A stretch of 64,000 bases of DNA, taken from the IMG/VR virus record IMGVR_UViG_3300047496_000382; one strand, written 5' to 3'. Every line of letters begins with the position of its first letter. Position 1 is the stretch's first letter. The notes under the pieces are model-generated. The model saw only the letters and a list, made by a program, of their open reading frames with translations, ran no database searches and had not been told where the DNA came from. A program made the position numbers and the translations under genes. This document shows, in pieces, positions 36,830 through 47,000 of the stretch. The stretch comes from a virus.

Positions 36830-37252
36830 CTAGATGGTGAGGCTGATTTTCACGTAGTCGAGTGACTTCTGCAGCTCGAGGGTGGCGTCGAGGTACAGAG
36901 TATCCCCACGCACCTCGGCGTTCGTCACCGTGCTGCCCGGCGGGAAGAGGAAGTCCTTGGCTATGCTGACGATGGCTTCAGAGAGCCCTGACATCTTCCC
37001 GCCGGGCAGCACGGTGACGAACGCCTCTACCGCGAGCGAGAGGGGCTCGAACGCCGGCACCATCATCTCTTCGACGCGCACCAGAGCCGCACGCTCGTCC
37101 CGCTCCTCTTCACGCTGGTCAGCGCCGCGCGCGTAGCACGCCGACGCTTCTATGCGTGGGTCCGCAAGACAAAGAAAGACCACCGGACCGTGCTGTTCAG
37201 GGGGGACCAAACATTGGTGCACGTGCCGGTGGTCGGGGTGGAACTGTACCAT
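36830..37252 (-). CDS. hypothetical protein
   Basis: Tiling, SD. Confidence 0.55.
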   Translation of the reverse strand: MVQFHPDHRHVHQCLVPPEQHGPVVFLCLADPRIEASACYARGADQREEERDERAALVRVEEMMVPAFEPLSLAVEAFVTVLPGGKMSGLSEAIVSIAKDFLFPPGSTVTNAEVRGDTLYLDATLELQKSLDYVKISLTI

Positions 37253-37286
37253 CACACCCTCTTCCGCCCAACCTGGGCGAGCGGTG

Positions 37287-37715
37287 TCAGCGAATGCCGA
37301 CGACGCGGACGACCTGGTCAGCCAACGTCTCGTCCAGATGCATGTGTGCGTGCTTGTGCTTCCCGTGCTGGAGCATCGGCGAATGCGGCTCACCCTTGTC
37401 CGCGTTGGCGAAGAGCTGTCGCATCTCTGCCTGCTCTGCTGGCGCAGTGGAGCGAGGGCTGTCGAAGAGACGGTCGATGAGCGAAGCGCGCCCGTCGTGG
37501 CTCTCGTGCATCACGGCCGTGGAGTAGACGTCCGGATAGCCGTTCTGGCCCTTCGGCGGCTCATCGCCCCACTTCGCGTCGAGCGTGCCCGGCGCGCGGT
37601 CGGCCGGGTCTTTGCGCACGTCGATGATGCCCTTGACCGTCTGGTCTTCGTTCGTCGGGGTCGTCAGTTCCGCGAGCTTCGTGCCGAGTGCCGTCTTCAT
37701 CTCCTCGAGGTCCAT
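37287..37715 (-). CDS. hypothetical protein
   Basis: SD AGGAG. Confidence 0.6.
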   Translation of the reverse strand: MDLEEMKTALGTKLAELTTPTNEDQTVKGIIDVRKDPADRAPGTLDAKWGDEPPKGQNGYPDVYSTAVMHESHDGRASLIDRLFDSPRSTAPAEQAEMRQLFANADKGEPHSPMLQHGKHKHAHMHLDETLADQVVRVVGIR

Positions 37716-37717
37716 GG

Positions 37718-37915
37718 CTACTCCTTGTCAGGACACCGGCGCAGGAACGCGACGATGTTGTCCTTGATGCGCCGTGCGACGTCCATCTTACCCTGTGCCT
37801 GGGCCGATTGGTACTGGCGCAGAGCCGGCAGCTGTTCTGGCTGCAGGCCGGCAGAGGTCACCAGTGCAAGGAGGTTGTCGGTGCTGTCAGCGGAGGGAGA
37901 CTGCGAGGACATCAT
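37718..37915 (-). CDS. small hypothetical protein
   Basis: Tiling. Confidence 0.45.
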   Translation of the reverse strand: MMSSQSPSADSTDNLLALVTSAGLQPEQLPALRQYQSAQAQGKMDVARRIKDNIVAFLRRCPDKE

Positions 37916-37952
37916 GGGAATCGTACCGAGGGGAGGGCGCGCGCTGGAAGTG

Positions 37953-38321
37953 TCACCCAAGTGAGCGACCGAAGACATCGAAGGCGCCGCGGTACTTAGC
38001 ACACTCCGTGACCGCAGCATCTTTCTCGGCAACCGCGGACTTCAGCTGTTCACCGAGCTGGAACTTCTCGCGCTCGAGGTCGTGCACCTTCTCGCGCATC
38101 ACGGACATGACCTCCACGTGGAAGTCGTCCTCGGTGAAGAAGCGCACGCCCTTCGGGTCCGTCAGCTTCTTCGAGACCTTCTCCCAGAGCTCCTCGTCAC
38201 GCACCACGCACTCAAGCAACAACTCCGTGCGCAGCTTCTCCGTGCCGACCGTCTTGGTCAGCGTGTTGGCCTTGAAGAACAACGTGACGCCGGGGACCTG
38301 CTCTTCGAACTCATCGGCCAT
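37953..38321 (-). CDS. coiled-coil hypothetical protein
   Basis: SD present, tiling. Confidence 0.6.
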   Translation of the reverse strand: MADEFEEQVPGVTLFFKANTLTKTVGTEKLRTELLLECVVRDEELWEKVSKKLTDPKGVRFFTEDDFHVEVMSVMREKVHDLEREKFQLGEQLKSAVAEKDAAVTECAKYRGAFDVFGRSLG

Positions 38322-38931
38322 GATAGGTGGCTCCCTTGGTGATGTGCGTGAGATTGATGAACAGCTCCATCGGCACCCCGCTGCCGACAGTCATTGCGTA
38401 CGCAGCCGCGGCCTCCCCGACAGCCAGACCCGATGTGCCGGGCCCGTACACGAGGATGAGACGCAACAGCACGCACACTTTGCCGAGCGTCTTCAGCGAT
38501 TGCTCGATAGCCACACCCTTGCGCTGGTTAGCAGAGAAGGGGTCGCGCTCTAACATCGCGAACTCCACCTGCTCCATCTGCTTGCGTCGTTCACTCTCCG
38601 CGAAGAGCTGGAGGAGGAAGTTGACGTGCCCGGCAGTCAGTACGCGGGGGCGAGCGAGTGGACTCCCAACGGTCACGGCGACGTGCTCGAAAATCAGAGC
38701 GACGCGACACGCGGAGTAGTCGGCGCCGCGCTGCTTCCCCTCTTCCCACAGTGCCTCGGCCTCAGAGTAGATGGTCGGCGGCGGGTCGGGGTCGTTCGGG
38801 TCTTCAAGACCAGAACGCGCAGAGCGCTGGAGGGCACGGTAGTAGCCCTCGTAGACAGGACATGTGTCGTCCAGAAGAACCTCCCGGAGGACAGAAACAT
38901 CCTCCAGGTCTCTTATACCCCTGCGCGTGAA
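38311..38931 (-). CDS. hypothetical protein, start codon unresolved
   Basis: Open frame extends 85 codons upstream of the track GTG with no ATG. Confidence 0.45.
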   Translation of the reverse strand, partial: FTRRGIRDLEDVSVLREVLLDDTCPVYEGYYRALQRSARSGLEDPNDPDPPPTIYSEAEALWEEGKQRGADYSACRVALIFEHVAVTVGSPLARPRVLTAGHVNFLLQLFAESERRKQMEQVEFAMLERDPFSANQRKGVAIEQSLKTLGKVCVLLRLILVYGPGTSGLAVGEAAAAYAMTVGSGVPMELFINLTHITKGATYHGR

Positions 38932-38939
38932 CTACTTGT
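38910..38939 (-). promoter_or_regulatory. class I phage promoter
   Basis: ACAAGT-N14-GGTATAAGAG. Confidence 0.55.
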
Positions 38940-40449
38940 TGCCGCCGGGGCTCGAAGCACCGAGGTCGACTGGCGTCGTCCCTCCAATGGAGCCCTTGAA
39001 GGCGCCGGCGATGCCGCTTCCGAATCCAGCGCCCTTTGGCTTTGCGATGTTGGCGATACTCGGACCTTGCGGAGTCGGAAGGCTCATGCCGGGCAGGCCG
39101 ACCTTCTTCGCAGCGCCCATGGCGGCCATCGGCGAGGTGCCGGCGCCCATCATCGCTGCGTTCTTCTCGAGGAGGTACGCAACGTACTCGCTGAGCTCTG
39201 ACGGTGACATCGCGTACTTCGACTTCTTGAAGTCGCTCGCGCTGAAGGTGACACCGTCGGGCAGCGCATCGGCCGACTTGTCCTTCGCACGCCCGCCGTC
39301 GATGTTCACGTCGGGGAGCAGCTCACTGCGCTTCTGGATGGCCTGGTCGAGGCGCGGCATCTGGAAGGATGGCAGGTCGCTCGCCATCATGAAGTTCCCG
39401 CGCGTGGGTGCACTCGCCGCGGTCTTCTTTGCCTCGAGCTCCGCGCGGAGTGCCGGCGCGTGCTTGAGCGCGATGTACCGCTCCAACATCCCCTTGCCGT
39501 AGCTGCCTGCCATCACACCGGCCGCAGACAGACCTGCGTGCTCTGCGAGTTCCGGCCCACCCAGGGCGTGCGTGATGAGCGGAGCGATGGCATCTCCGAT
39601 AATGTTCCTTCGTCCAAGAGCACCAGACGACCGTCCTGCGTCACGAAGAAGCTCTTCCTTCTCTTCCTCCGGTACGTCTTCGAGCCGAAGCATGTCGCTG
39701 CCGCGTAGCATCCCTTCGCCCATCAACGCGCCGAGCCCGAGACCCGCCAAGCCGCCGGCCACCGCGCCTCGGTTGCCGCCGCGAAGGTGGCCAAGGTTCA
39801 TGCCGCTGACCGCCATCGGCGCACCCATGCCGAGGTACGCGCCGAGACGTCCCTTCCAGCGCGAAGGCGCCTCGTTCGGGTCCGCCTTCGATTTTCCGAA
39901 GAGCATGTGTGCACCGAGACCGGCAGCAACAGCGCCTCCTCCGACGTTTGCGGGCGTTCGCAGAGAAGCAGGTGGCGGTCTGTTCTCCCACGCGGGGGTA
40001 GGGTTCCACGCCGCATTGCCCCCCGGCCGTGCCGCCGCAGAGCCTCGTGCCGCATCACTCGCACGGCGAGCACCGCGACCGAGGTTGTGACCTTCCGGAT
40101 ACTTCGCTTTCGCCACACTATTGAACTTCTTCTGCACTCCTTCGGGGATGGCAGCTTCGTTCATCATGCGCTGGAAGTCTGCGTGCGTGCCGCCTTTCGC
40201 GAGGTGCGGTCCACCGACCTGTTCCCACCACTGTCCGATGTTGGTGGTGGCGTACTTTGAGAGGAACTCCGCGCCATCGAAGTACTCGCGGAGGTCGGCG
40301 TACCAGACGGGCTCTTCAGCGGCGGTCTTCTGGAGAGGCGCCTCGAGACCTGGAATGCGCAAGGGCGGCAGCCGACTCGCACCGCTGGCGATGATGGGGT
40401 TCAACGGTGTCGAGTACTGACTCGTCGCGAACGACTGCTTCTCGGTCAT
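38932..40449 (-). CDS. putative internal head/ejection protein with glycine-zipper segments
   Basis: Repeated [LIA]xKx[AS] sites; GAVAGGLAGLGLGALMG. Confidence 0.5.
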   Translation of the reverse strand: MTEKQSFATSQYSTPLNPIIASGASRLPPLRIPGLEAPLQKTAAEEPVWYADLREYFDGAEFLSKYATTNIGQWWEQVGGPHLAKGGTHADFQRMMNEAAIPEGVQKKFNSVAKAKYPEGHNLGRGARRASDAARGSAAARPGGNAAWNPTPAWENRPPPASLRTPANVGGGAVAAGLGAHMLFGKSKADPNEAPSRWKGRLGAYLGMGAPMAVSGMNLGHLRGGNRGAVAGGLAGLGLGALMGEGMLRGSDMLRLEDVPEEEKEELLRDAGRSSGALGRRNIIGDAIAPLITHALGGPELAEHAGLSAAGVMAGSYGKGMLERYIALKHAPALRAELEAKKTAASAPTRGNFMMASDLPSFQMPRLDQAIQKRSELLPDVNIDGGRAKDKSADALPDGVTFSASDFKKSKYAMSPSELSEYVAYLLEKNAAMMGAGTSPMAAMGAAKKVGLPGMSLPTPQGPSIANIAKPKGAGFGSGIAGAFKGSIGGTTPVDLGASSPGGNK

Positions 40450-40456
40450 TTGAACC

Positions 40457-40858
40457 TCAACGCGGCAGCGCCGGTGCGGGGACAGTCGCCTTCTCGAGGA
40501 CCGCGCTGTTCACCGCCTTGGGTGCGGTGCGGAGGATGTGCTGCGCTGCCTCGTTCTCGGCGTCGTGTGCAGCGATGCCCGCGAGCGGCTTCAGCCCGGC
40601 GGTGAGACCCTTCGGCGCTGCGCGAACAGCACCGAGCAGCTTCTGGTAGCCACCGAGCGCGCCGGGCGGCGGGGGCATGAACGATGCCCCAATCTTCTCG
40701 AGCTCGTCGAGGAACGCCGCGAGGCGCACCTGTGCGGTCTTGTCGAAGCCGAACGAGCCGGCGAGGAGCTTTGCCATCTCCTCCATCCGTGTCGTACGTC
40801 CCGTGAGCTGCCCGTTGGTGTCGTAGTGCGCGGTGAACCCGGACCCCGTCTTGTCCAT
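40457..40858 (-). CDS. putative internal head protein (AAFLDELEKIG)
   Basis: Shared motif. Confidence 0.55.
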   Translation of the reverse strand: MDKTGSGFTAHYDTNGQLTGRTTRMEEMAKLLAGSFGFDKTAQVRLAAFLDELEKIGASFMPPPPGALGGYQKLLGAVRAAPKGLTAGLKPLAGIAAHDAENEAAQHILRTAPKAVNSAVLEKATVPAPALPR

Positions 40859-40866
40859 AGCGCCGC

Positions 40867-41874
40867 TCAGGCCGTCGCCCCGACGCCGACAGGAGGAGCT
40901 CCCCTGGCACGGAAGCGGTCGAGGAAGGAGCGTGCAGCGCCACCAGCCTGGCTGCCGAGAGCGCGCGCACCCTCAGCGGCACTCCCCGCCATGCCCTTGA
41001 GCGGGTTCATCTGCCCGACCTGCGCGCCGAGCGAGTGCATGGGCACGCCTTCGGGGCTCATGCCGCCGCGCGCGAACTGTCCGACGGCCTGACCTGCACG
41101 ACCGACAGCACCGCTGACGGCCTGTCCTGCCTGACCTGCCTGCCCCGCGAGGCTCGAGCCGAGACCGCGAAACGGGTTCATCTGCGCGAGCTGTTCGCCG
41201 ACGCCGTGCATCGGGATGCCCTCCGGGCTCATTCCACCGCGGAGCGCACCGGAGATGCGGCCTCCAACGGCGCGCGCGGCGTCACCCACGGCACCAACCG
41301 CCTTCTGTGCACCGCCGGCGACAGCCGCACCCGCTTGGCCTGCCTGCCCCGCGAGGCTCGAGCCGAGACCGCGAAACGGGTTCATCACGCTCAGACCGTG
41401 CATCGGAATGCCCTCGGCCGACATGCCCCCGCTGACGAGTCCCTTCGCTGCGCCCGCCGCGCGCCGGAAGAGGTCCATCGGACCGGCTTCCTTGGTGAGC
41501 AATGCCTCGACGGACGCGTGCCCCTCTGCTGCCGCAATCTTGCGGAGCTCGGCCTCAAAACCGTCGAAGAAGGCGCCCTTTTCGTCCGACCCGAACTTGC
41601 CGAGCGCCTTTGTCGCTGCAGCGCGGAGACCACCGAAGATGCCGGACTCTGCCGCCGGCGCTGCCTTCACCCCGAAGGACGCTGCGTTCGCCGCAGGACT
41701 GAAGCCCGCCTTGCGCGCGGCCGCAGCACCCGCTGCCGGAGCGGCCGTCCCACGCTGCGCGAGGCGCTGTGCCTCCGGCACGGCCAGGTCGTAGCTGAGC
41801 TTCATCAGCTCAATGAACGGTTGCTGAAACGGGCGGAGTGTCTCGGGCGTGAAGTCGAGCGCGAGGGCGTTCAT
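40867..41874 (-). CDS. putative internal head protein with three Gly/Ala repeats
   Basis: FEAELRKIA motif; three GGMSxEGxPMH..MNP repeats. Confidence 0.55.
   Translation of the reverse strand: MNALALDFTPETLRPFQQPFIELMKLSYDLAVPEAQRLAQRGTAAPAAGAAAARKAGFSPAANAASFGVKAAPAAESGIFGGLRAAATKALGKFGSDEKGAFFDGFEAELRKIAAAEGHASVEALLTKEAGPMDLFRRAAGAAKGLVSGGMSAEGIPMHGLSVMNPFRGLGSSLAGQAGQAGAAVAGGAQKAVGAVGDAARAVGGRISGALRGGMSPEGIPMHGVGEQLAQMNPFRGLGSSLAGQAGQAGQAVSGAVGRAGQAVGQFARGGMSPEGVPMHSLGAQVGQMNPLKGMAGSAAEGARALGSQAGGAARSFLDRFRARGAPPVGVGATA
41135..41386. repeat. exact 48-bp direct repeat (41135-41182 and 41339-41386)
   Basis: CCTGCCTGCCCCGCGAGGCTCGAGCCGAGACCGCGAAACGGGTTCATC twice. Confidence 0.9.
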
Positions 41875-41889
41875 GGTCTCTCCTTGGGA

Positions 41890-42264
41890 CTACTGTTCTA
41901 CACCAGCCGGGCCCACCGCCGAAGGCAGAGGAAGAGGCTTGTTCTTTTCGGCGTACTGGTCAGCGAGCGCACGCACCACTGGGATGGCGCCGCCGGCGAG
42001 GCCACCCTTGACGGCGTCACCCGCGACATTGCGAATCTGCTGGAGTGCGGTGCCACCACCGAATATCGGGCGTCCGGCGACGACGTTGCCGATGGTGGTG
42101 ATGGCAGGTCCTGCGACCGCGCCGACAGCACCGTAGCGCGCGAGCTGGTTGGTCAGCAGCTCCCGCTTCGCCGCGTCGAGCTTCTGCTTCACGGCGTCCG
42201 CGTGCCGCTCCGTAGCAGCACCGAGCTTCACCAGCTCATCGAGAAAGGCCGCGGTGTCCATCAC
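41890..42264 (-). CDS. putative internal head protein (AAFLDELVKLG) with glycine zippers
   Basis: Shared motif; GAVGAVAG. Confidence 0.55.
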   Translation of the reverse strand: MMDTAAFLDELVKLGAATERHADAVKQKLDAAKRELLTNQLARYGAVGAVAGPAITTIGNVVAGRPIFGGGTALQQIRNVAGDAVKGGLAGGAIPVVRALADQYAEKNKPLPLPSAVGPAGVEQ

Positions 42265-42719
42265 GTCTTCCGCTTCTTCAGTGCGTGCTCGACGCCGAGC
42301 TGTGCAAGAGAACCGACGCCGTAGCCGAGGCCCGAGCTGGCGAGCTCGCTGGCTCCAAGGGCGTGCCCGACTCCGGCCCCGGCGAGGGCGCCCAGCGCCG
42401 GGCCAACTTCGTGACTGGCGCCTTCGAGGAAACGACGAGCAAAGCTCGGTGCCTCGCCCGCAAGCGCTTCTTTCTTCTGCATCCCTGGGTACTTCTTCGC
42501 GACCGCTGCGCGCACGCGCGATTGCTCCTCCGACGAGCCGTGCATCTTAGAGAAGCCCAACGCGCTCTCGGCGTGCTGCTTGTCCTCGATGGGGTACTTG
42601 CGCTCTTCCGGGATGGCGAAGTTCTTCTCCTTGATGTGCGCGCGGGCAGACGACGTGAGGTCCGCGGCAATCTTGGTGAGCTCGTCTTCGAAGGCGGCTT
42701 GAAGCGTGTGAAGGTCCAT
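42261..42719 (-). CDS. putative head protein (AAFEDELTKIA) with DUF6582-like domain
   Basis: FAIPEERKYPIEDKQHAESAL motif. Confidence 0.6.
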   Translation of the reverse strand: MDLHTLQAAFEDELTKIAADLTSSARAHIKEKNFAIPEERKYPIEDKQHAESALGFSKMHGSSEEQSRVRAAVAKKYPGMQKKEALAGEAPSFARRFLEGASHEVGPALGALAGAGVGHALGASELASSGLGYGVGSLAQLGVEHALKKRKT

Positions 42720-42726
42720 AACGTCC

Positions 42727-43233
42727 TCAAGTATGTTCCGATGGGGAGTTGAACGCGCCGATACCGGTCGACTGCTGCGCAAGTCCGGTGATGGTCGTGG
42801 CATTGTTGCGTTGGTCGTAGCTGTCGACGACGTTGATGTTCTCCTGGCTGGGAACATCACCCTTCTTCTTCGGCTTGATGGCCTCCTGGTACGCGAACGG
42901 GCTCTCGCCCAGCGTCATCGGGTGCGTCTCGCCACGAACCACCTCACCAATCTTCGACTGGTCGGGGTAGTTGGTCTCCTTCGAAGGGACCTCGCCGGGT
43001 CGCTTTGGAATGCGGGCAGCACCCGGGTCGTCAGTGCCAGCGCTCGCCACGGGCTCCGCGCGCCCTGCAGCATCCGCCTTCTTATAGAGCGTGCCGTCCT
43101 TGTCCTTCTTCAGGAGCGTGTGAACGCTCATCGGACGGCGGCCCTCGCGCGTCTTCGGCACGTGCATACGCCCGTGCGCGGCGGAAATCTTCTCGAGCTC
43201 ATCGAGAAACGCAGCGTAGACGGGCGAAGGCAT
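42727..43233 (-). CDS. putative internal head protein (AAFLDELEKIS)
   Basis: Shared motif. Confidence 0.55.
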   Translation of the reverse strand: MPSPVYAAFLDELEKISAAHGRMHVPKTREGRRPMSVHTLLKKDKDGTLYKKADAAGRAEPVASAGTDDPGAARIPKRPGEVPSKETNYPDQSKIGEVVRGETHPMTLGESPFAYQEAIKPKKKGDVPSQENINVVDSYDQRNNATTITGLAQQSTGIGAFNSPSEHT

Positions 43234-43261
43234 GTGGATGTTCTACCAGAGATTTCGGCGC

Positions 43262-44068
43262 TTACGAAGCCTGTAGGCGCGGCAGACGCGGCCCTCCGCG
43301 GACGTCGTGCGCAGTAGCTGTCATGGCCTTCTCCAGCGGCCAGAACGCAAGTCGATAGCGCAGAACACCGAAAGGAACACGCAGCCTGCGTGCCCACTCC
43401 GCGAGGGGCAATGTCTCGCCTGCGTACGACACAAGACGCCGGCTGGCTGGTGTCAGAAGTGCTTGCTCCAGCGGCCATCCTTTCTCCAGACGAGAACTCA
43501 ACGTTTCGGCATCCAATCCCGCGCAGCGCGCCCACTCGGCAAGACACTGCGTCGTTCCGGCGTATGAGAGCATAACGTTGTTACGTTTGTTCCGCGCCTG
43601 CTCCTCCTTCGTTGCCCAGCGCACGTTGCCGGGCTCGTAGTCCTTATCGTTGTCGCGGCGGTCGAGAGAGTGTTTCCCAGAAGGACGCCGCCCCACTTCC
43701 GCAAAGAACAACTCGAAGGTGCCCGCTCCTACCCATGAAGGATGCACACCGATTCCGCGTCCGCCGTAGTCTGCGTACATCTTGTTCTTCTTATTGTAGC
43801 AGCGGTCGTACATCTGCTTCCACGCGCGATACTCCGCGGTGCGCGACATGCCGTGCCGCGTGAAGAGTTTCTTTGCACGCGTGCCTACGCCCGCCCGCTG
43901 CAGACAACCACAAGAGGTAGTGTCACCCGCCTTCAACGACGCGGGGCGCACCGTGCACTCTGTGCCGCAGACGCACAAACAAACACAACGCACGGGACGT
44001 CGTTCCATGCGCTGAACGACCAGGTTCACGAAACGACGACCTGTTAGGTCTTCAAATCGCGGCGTCAC
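43262..44068 (-). CDS. HNH homing endonuclease (YGGRGI type)
   Basis: SCGCL, YGGRGI, SLDRRDNDKDYEPGNVRWAT; two C-terminal HTH repeats. Confidence 0.9.
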   Translation of the reverse strand: MTPRFEDLTGRRFVNLVVQRMERRPVRCVCLCVCGTECTVRPASLKAGDTTSCGCLQRAGVGTRAKKLFTRHGMSRTAEYRAWKQMYDRCYNKKNKMYADYGGRGIGVHPSWVGAGTFELFFAEVGRRPSGKHSLDRRDNDKDYEPGNVRWATKEEQARNKRNNVMLSYAGTTQCLAEWARCAGLDAETLSSRLEKGWPLEQALLTPASRRLVSYAGETLPLAEWARRLRVPFGVLRYRLAFWPLEKAMTATAHDVRGGPRLPRLQAS

Positions 44069-47000
44069 TACCCCAAGATGGCCCTCGCGTACTGGATAGC
44101 AGCCACGTAGGCCTTCACCGCGTCCTGCTTCCGTTTACGGGTATCGCCACGAGCGGCAATAGCAGACCCGCGAACGATGCCAACGATATTTTCGATGTCA
44201 GGCGTTGTCAACCCAAAGAGGTCCTCGTAGGGGCCGAAGGCGCGCGAGTGGAAGCCCTCGATGCCGTTGATGACCTGGTGCCCCTGGTCATCCAGTGTCA
44301 GGTCGCGTGTGCCGAAGAGGTCGGTGAGCGTGGCGATGGGGCGCCAGGTGTAGCCCCGGATGTACTCGTCGACGTCGAGACCGCGAGCTCGCGTGGCAGA
44401 GTAGGTCTGGACGATGAAGGACACCGCGTCGGCGATGGTGGCGTTCTTGTCGAGCGCGAGGAGCGCCGGCGCATTCGTCAGCGGGTCGTCCGCGTCCGTG
44501 GCGCTTGCCGCCGTCGCCAGCGCTTGCTGCGCATCTTCGTACGACACCCCGAAAGAGCCGCCGGATGTGTCACTCACCTGCTGCTGGTCGGTGATGGCGC
44601 CCGTGTTGAAGAACTGGGTGTAGGCCTGCCCGATGAGAAGTGGGTGCCAGATATCACCGTACCAACCAGGGCGAATGTACTCTTCGGCGGGCAGGTCAAC
44701 GGTGTCTTTCCGGTAGCGTGGCACAGACTCGGTGACGCGGAACGCGCGGAAGGTAACGAGCGCCGTTGGGTCACCGATGAAGGTTGCGACGTCGGCACCA
44801 AAATCAGAAGCCTTCGCCGTGATGCCGACGGGGACGCTGATGCTTGGAGTGCGCGTGCCAGACCGCGAGGGCCCAGCAAGCACGGGAAACTTGCGACCAC
44901 TGGCAATGTCCTTGGCCGCATTGGCGGCTGTGACGTCTTCAACCGCAATGATAGGTCCAAGGTTCGGTCCAAGAGAGTTGATGGCTGGCGCGTCGACAGC
45001 CGCAATGACAGTGGCGCGTGCAGCATCGGTCGGAAACCGTCGATGCACCGTCTGGTCTGGGCGCAGTACGCCGAGGAACTCCACCGACTCGTTGTGCTGC
45101 CTAGCGTACGAGCAGTTGTAGTCCGTTGTGCCTTGTTGCTGGTCGACGGTGTGCGTGACTTCCGTAAAGTTCGCGAGGAAGTGGACACCGAGCAGGTCGT
45201 TGATGTCAGAGGTCGTGCCTCCCTGCTGTGCGATGAGCGTCTGCATCGCGCTGACACTTGCAGGGTCGATGTACTTGTCGATGACCAGGCCAGGGAAACC
45301 AACAGCCACCCAAGGATTGAACTTCCCCTTCACTTGCATCTGCCGGGCAGCAAAGCGGTACTTGAAATAGAGGAAATTTGTCGAGCGCTGCGCCAAGCCG
45401 ACTTTCGCTAGAGAGCCGTCCGACGACCCCGAACGTGCGGCGAAGATGTTGAGCTCTCCCATCTTCTCGAAGACGGGCAGGATGCCGGTGAAGAGCTCAT
45501 GCTGGAGAAGGTCATTCGAAAGGATGTTCTGCAGCTCCTTGCCGCCGGTCTTGAGCGTGAAGCCCTTTGGCGCGAAGTAGAACTGGTCAAAGAGCTCGTC
45601 CTCGCCGAAGAACTCGTCGTTCGTCTTGAGTAGCAGGCGCGTGGGTTCCGCGAGGAACTGCTGCGCAAAGGACATCGAGTGGTAGAGCTCGGGGAAGAGC
45701 ACGTTGCAACGCGGCGGCGCGCTGAACCACACATCCGGTCGGAAGATTTGTTGATTCAACCGCGCAGGCATCACACTCGCCGGCTGCTGTACCGTCTCCA
45801 TCGCAGTGACGCGCATCAACTCAGCTTGCGCCTGCGTGAGATAGGTCGATGTGGCACTGACTACAGTGGGTGTGGCGCCTGGTCGCCACGTCGCGACCTT
45901 CGCCTGCGCCTGTCCGAGGAGACGCAGCGCAGAGGTGTAGAAGGCACGCGCCTGACGCACACTCGGGTCGGTGATTTGGTTCACCACGCTACGAATCAAG
46001 GACTGCATCCCTGACAAGTCCGACACCATCGACGCCGGCTGTGGCGCCCCCGAAGTGCTTGCGGAGTTCGCGGAGAGAGTGTCGAGCAATCCGCTGATGC
46101 CGAGTACGAGGTCTTGCGCAGCTGACGCAATGTAGCTGAAGCGCGTGTCTTGACTGAGCGGCACGCGCGTCACGCCAGCAGGAGTGTCGCCTGAACCCGG
46201 CGCGTACATCGGACACGGCTGGGCGTAGGTCTCGTGGAAAATAATGCCCATCAACGCATTGATGGCCTGCCGAATCGACACCTGCTGCCCGAGGTCTCCA
46301 AGTGTACGTCCGAGCAAGCTGTCGTAGCCCGCAGACAGGAGGCGTGACGCCGTCGGGTCATCCTCATACGCCGTAATCAGCTGGGTGACGTGCAGGCGCA
46401 ACTCAGCGAGTGAAAAGAAGATGTTCTCGCCCGCAAAGGCCTTGCCGCTGTAGTAGCTCCCGCCGATGGCTTCCAGCAGGTGCGCGATGCCACCAAGCAG
46501 CCCCTTGAGCTTCGGGAACTGTACACTTGGTGTCTGGATGATGCGGATGATGGCCGAGCCTTCGTCCTCGAGGAAATCGGTGAAGAGGTTCGTTGAGCCG
46601 CCGGAGAAGAGCGCCTTCACCCCCGGCCCGAAGAGGTCAGTGTTGTTCCACTGGTAGGCGTAGTCCCAGTAGTTGCTCCAATCCATGCATTGCAGGACGA
46701 GCGACCGCTGGCTCTCGTTCTTCGTCCACTGCTGCCCAACGACCTCGCCTCCGAAGAGGAGCTTGTAGCGCCCGTCCTCGAGGTCCTTTGCGTTGACCGT
46801 GATTTGCGTCGGGTCGATGGACGGAGGGGTAGGACCACCAGGCCCATCGGATTCGATAGTGATGGTGCTGATGGTATTGCGCTCTGTGTCTGTCGGCTGT
46901 CGGTCTTTTCGCACGTCACGTGCACCCGACGTCGTCGAGAACGGACCCGCTGCTTGGTACATGTCGTAGAAAAACAGGTGCACCAGTGTGCGCGGCAGGA

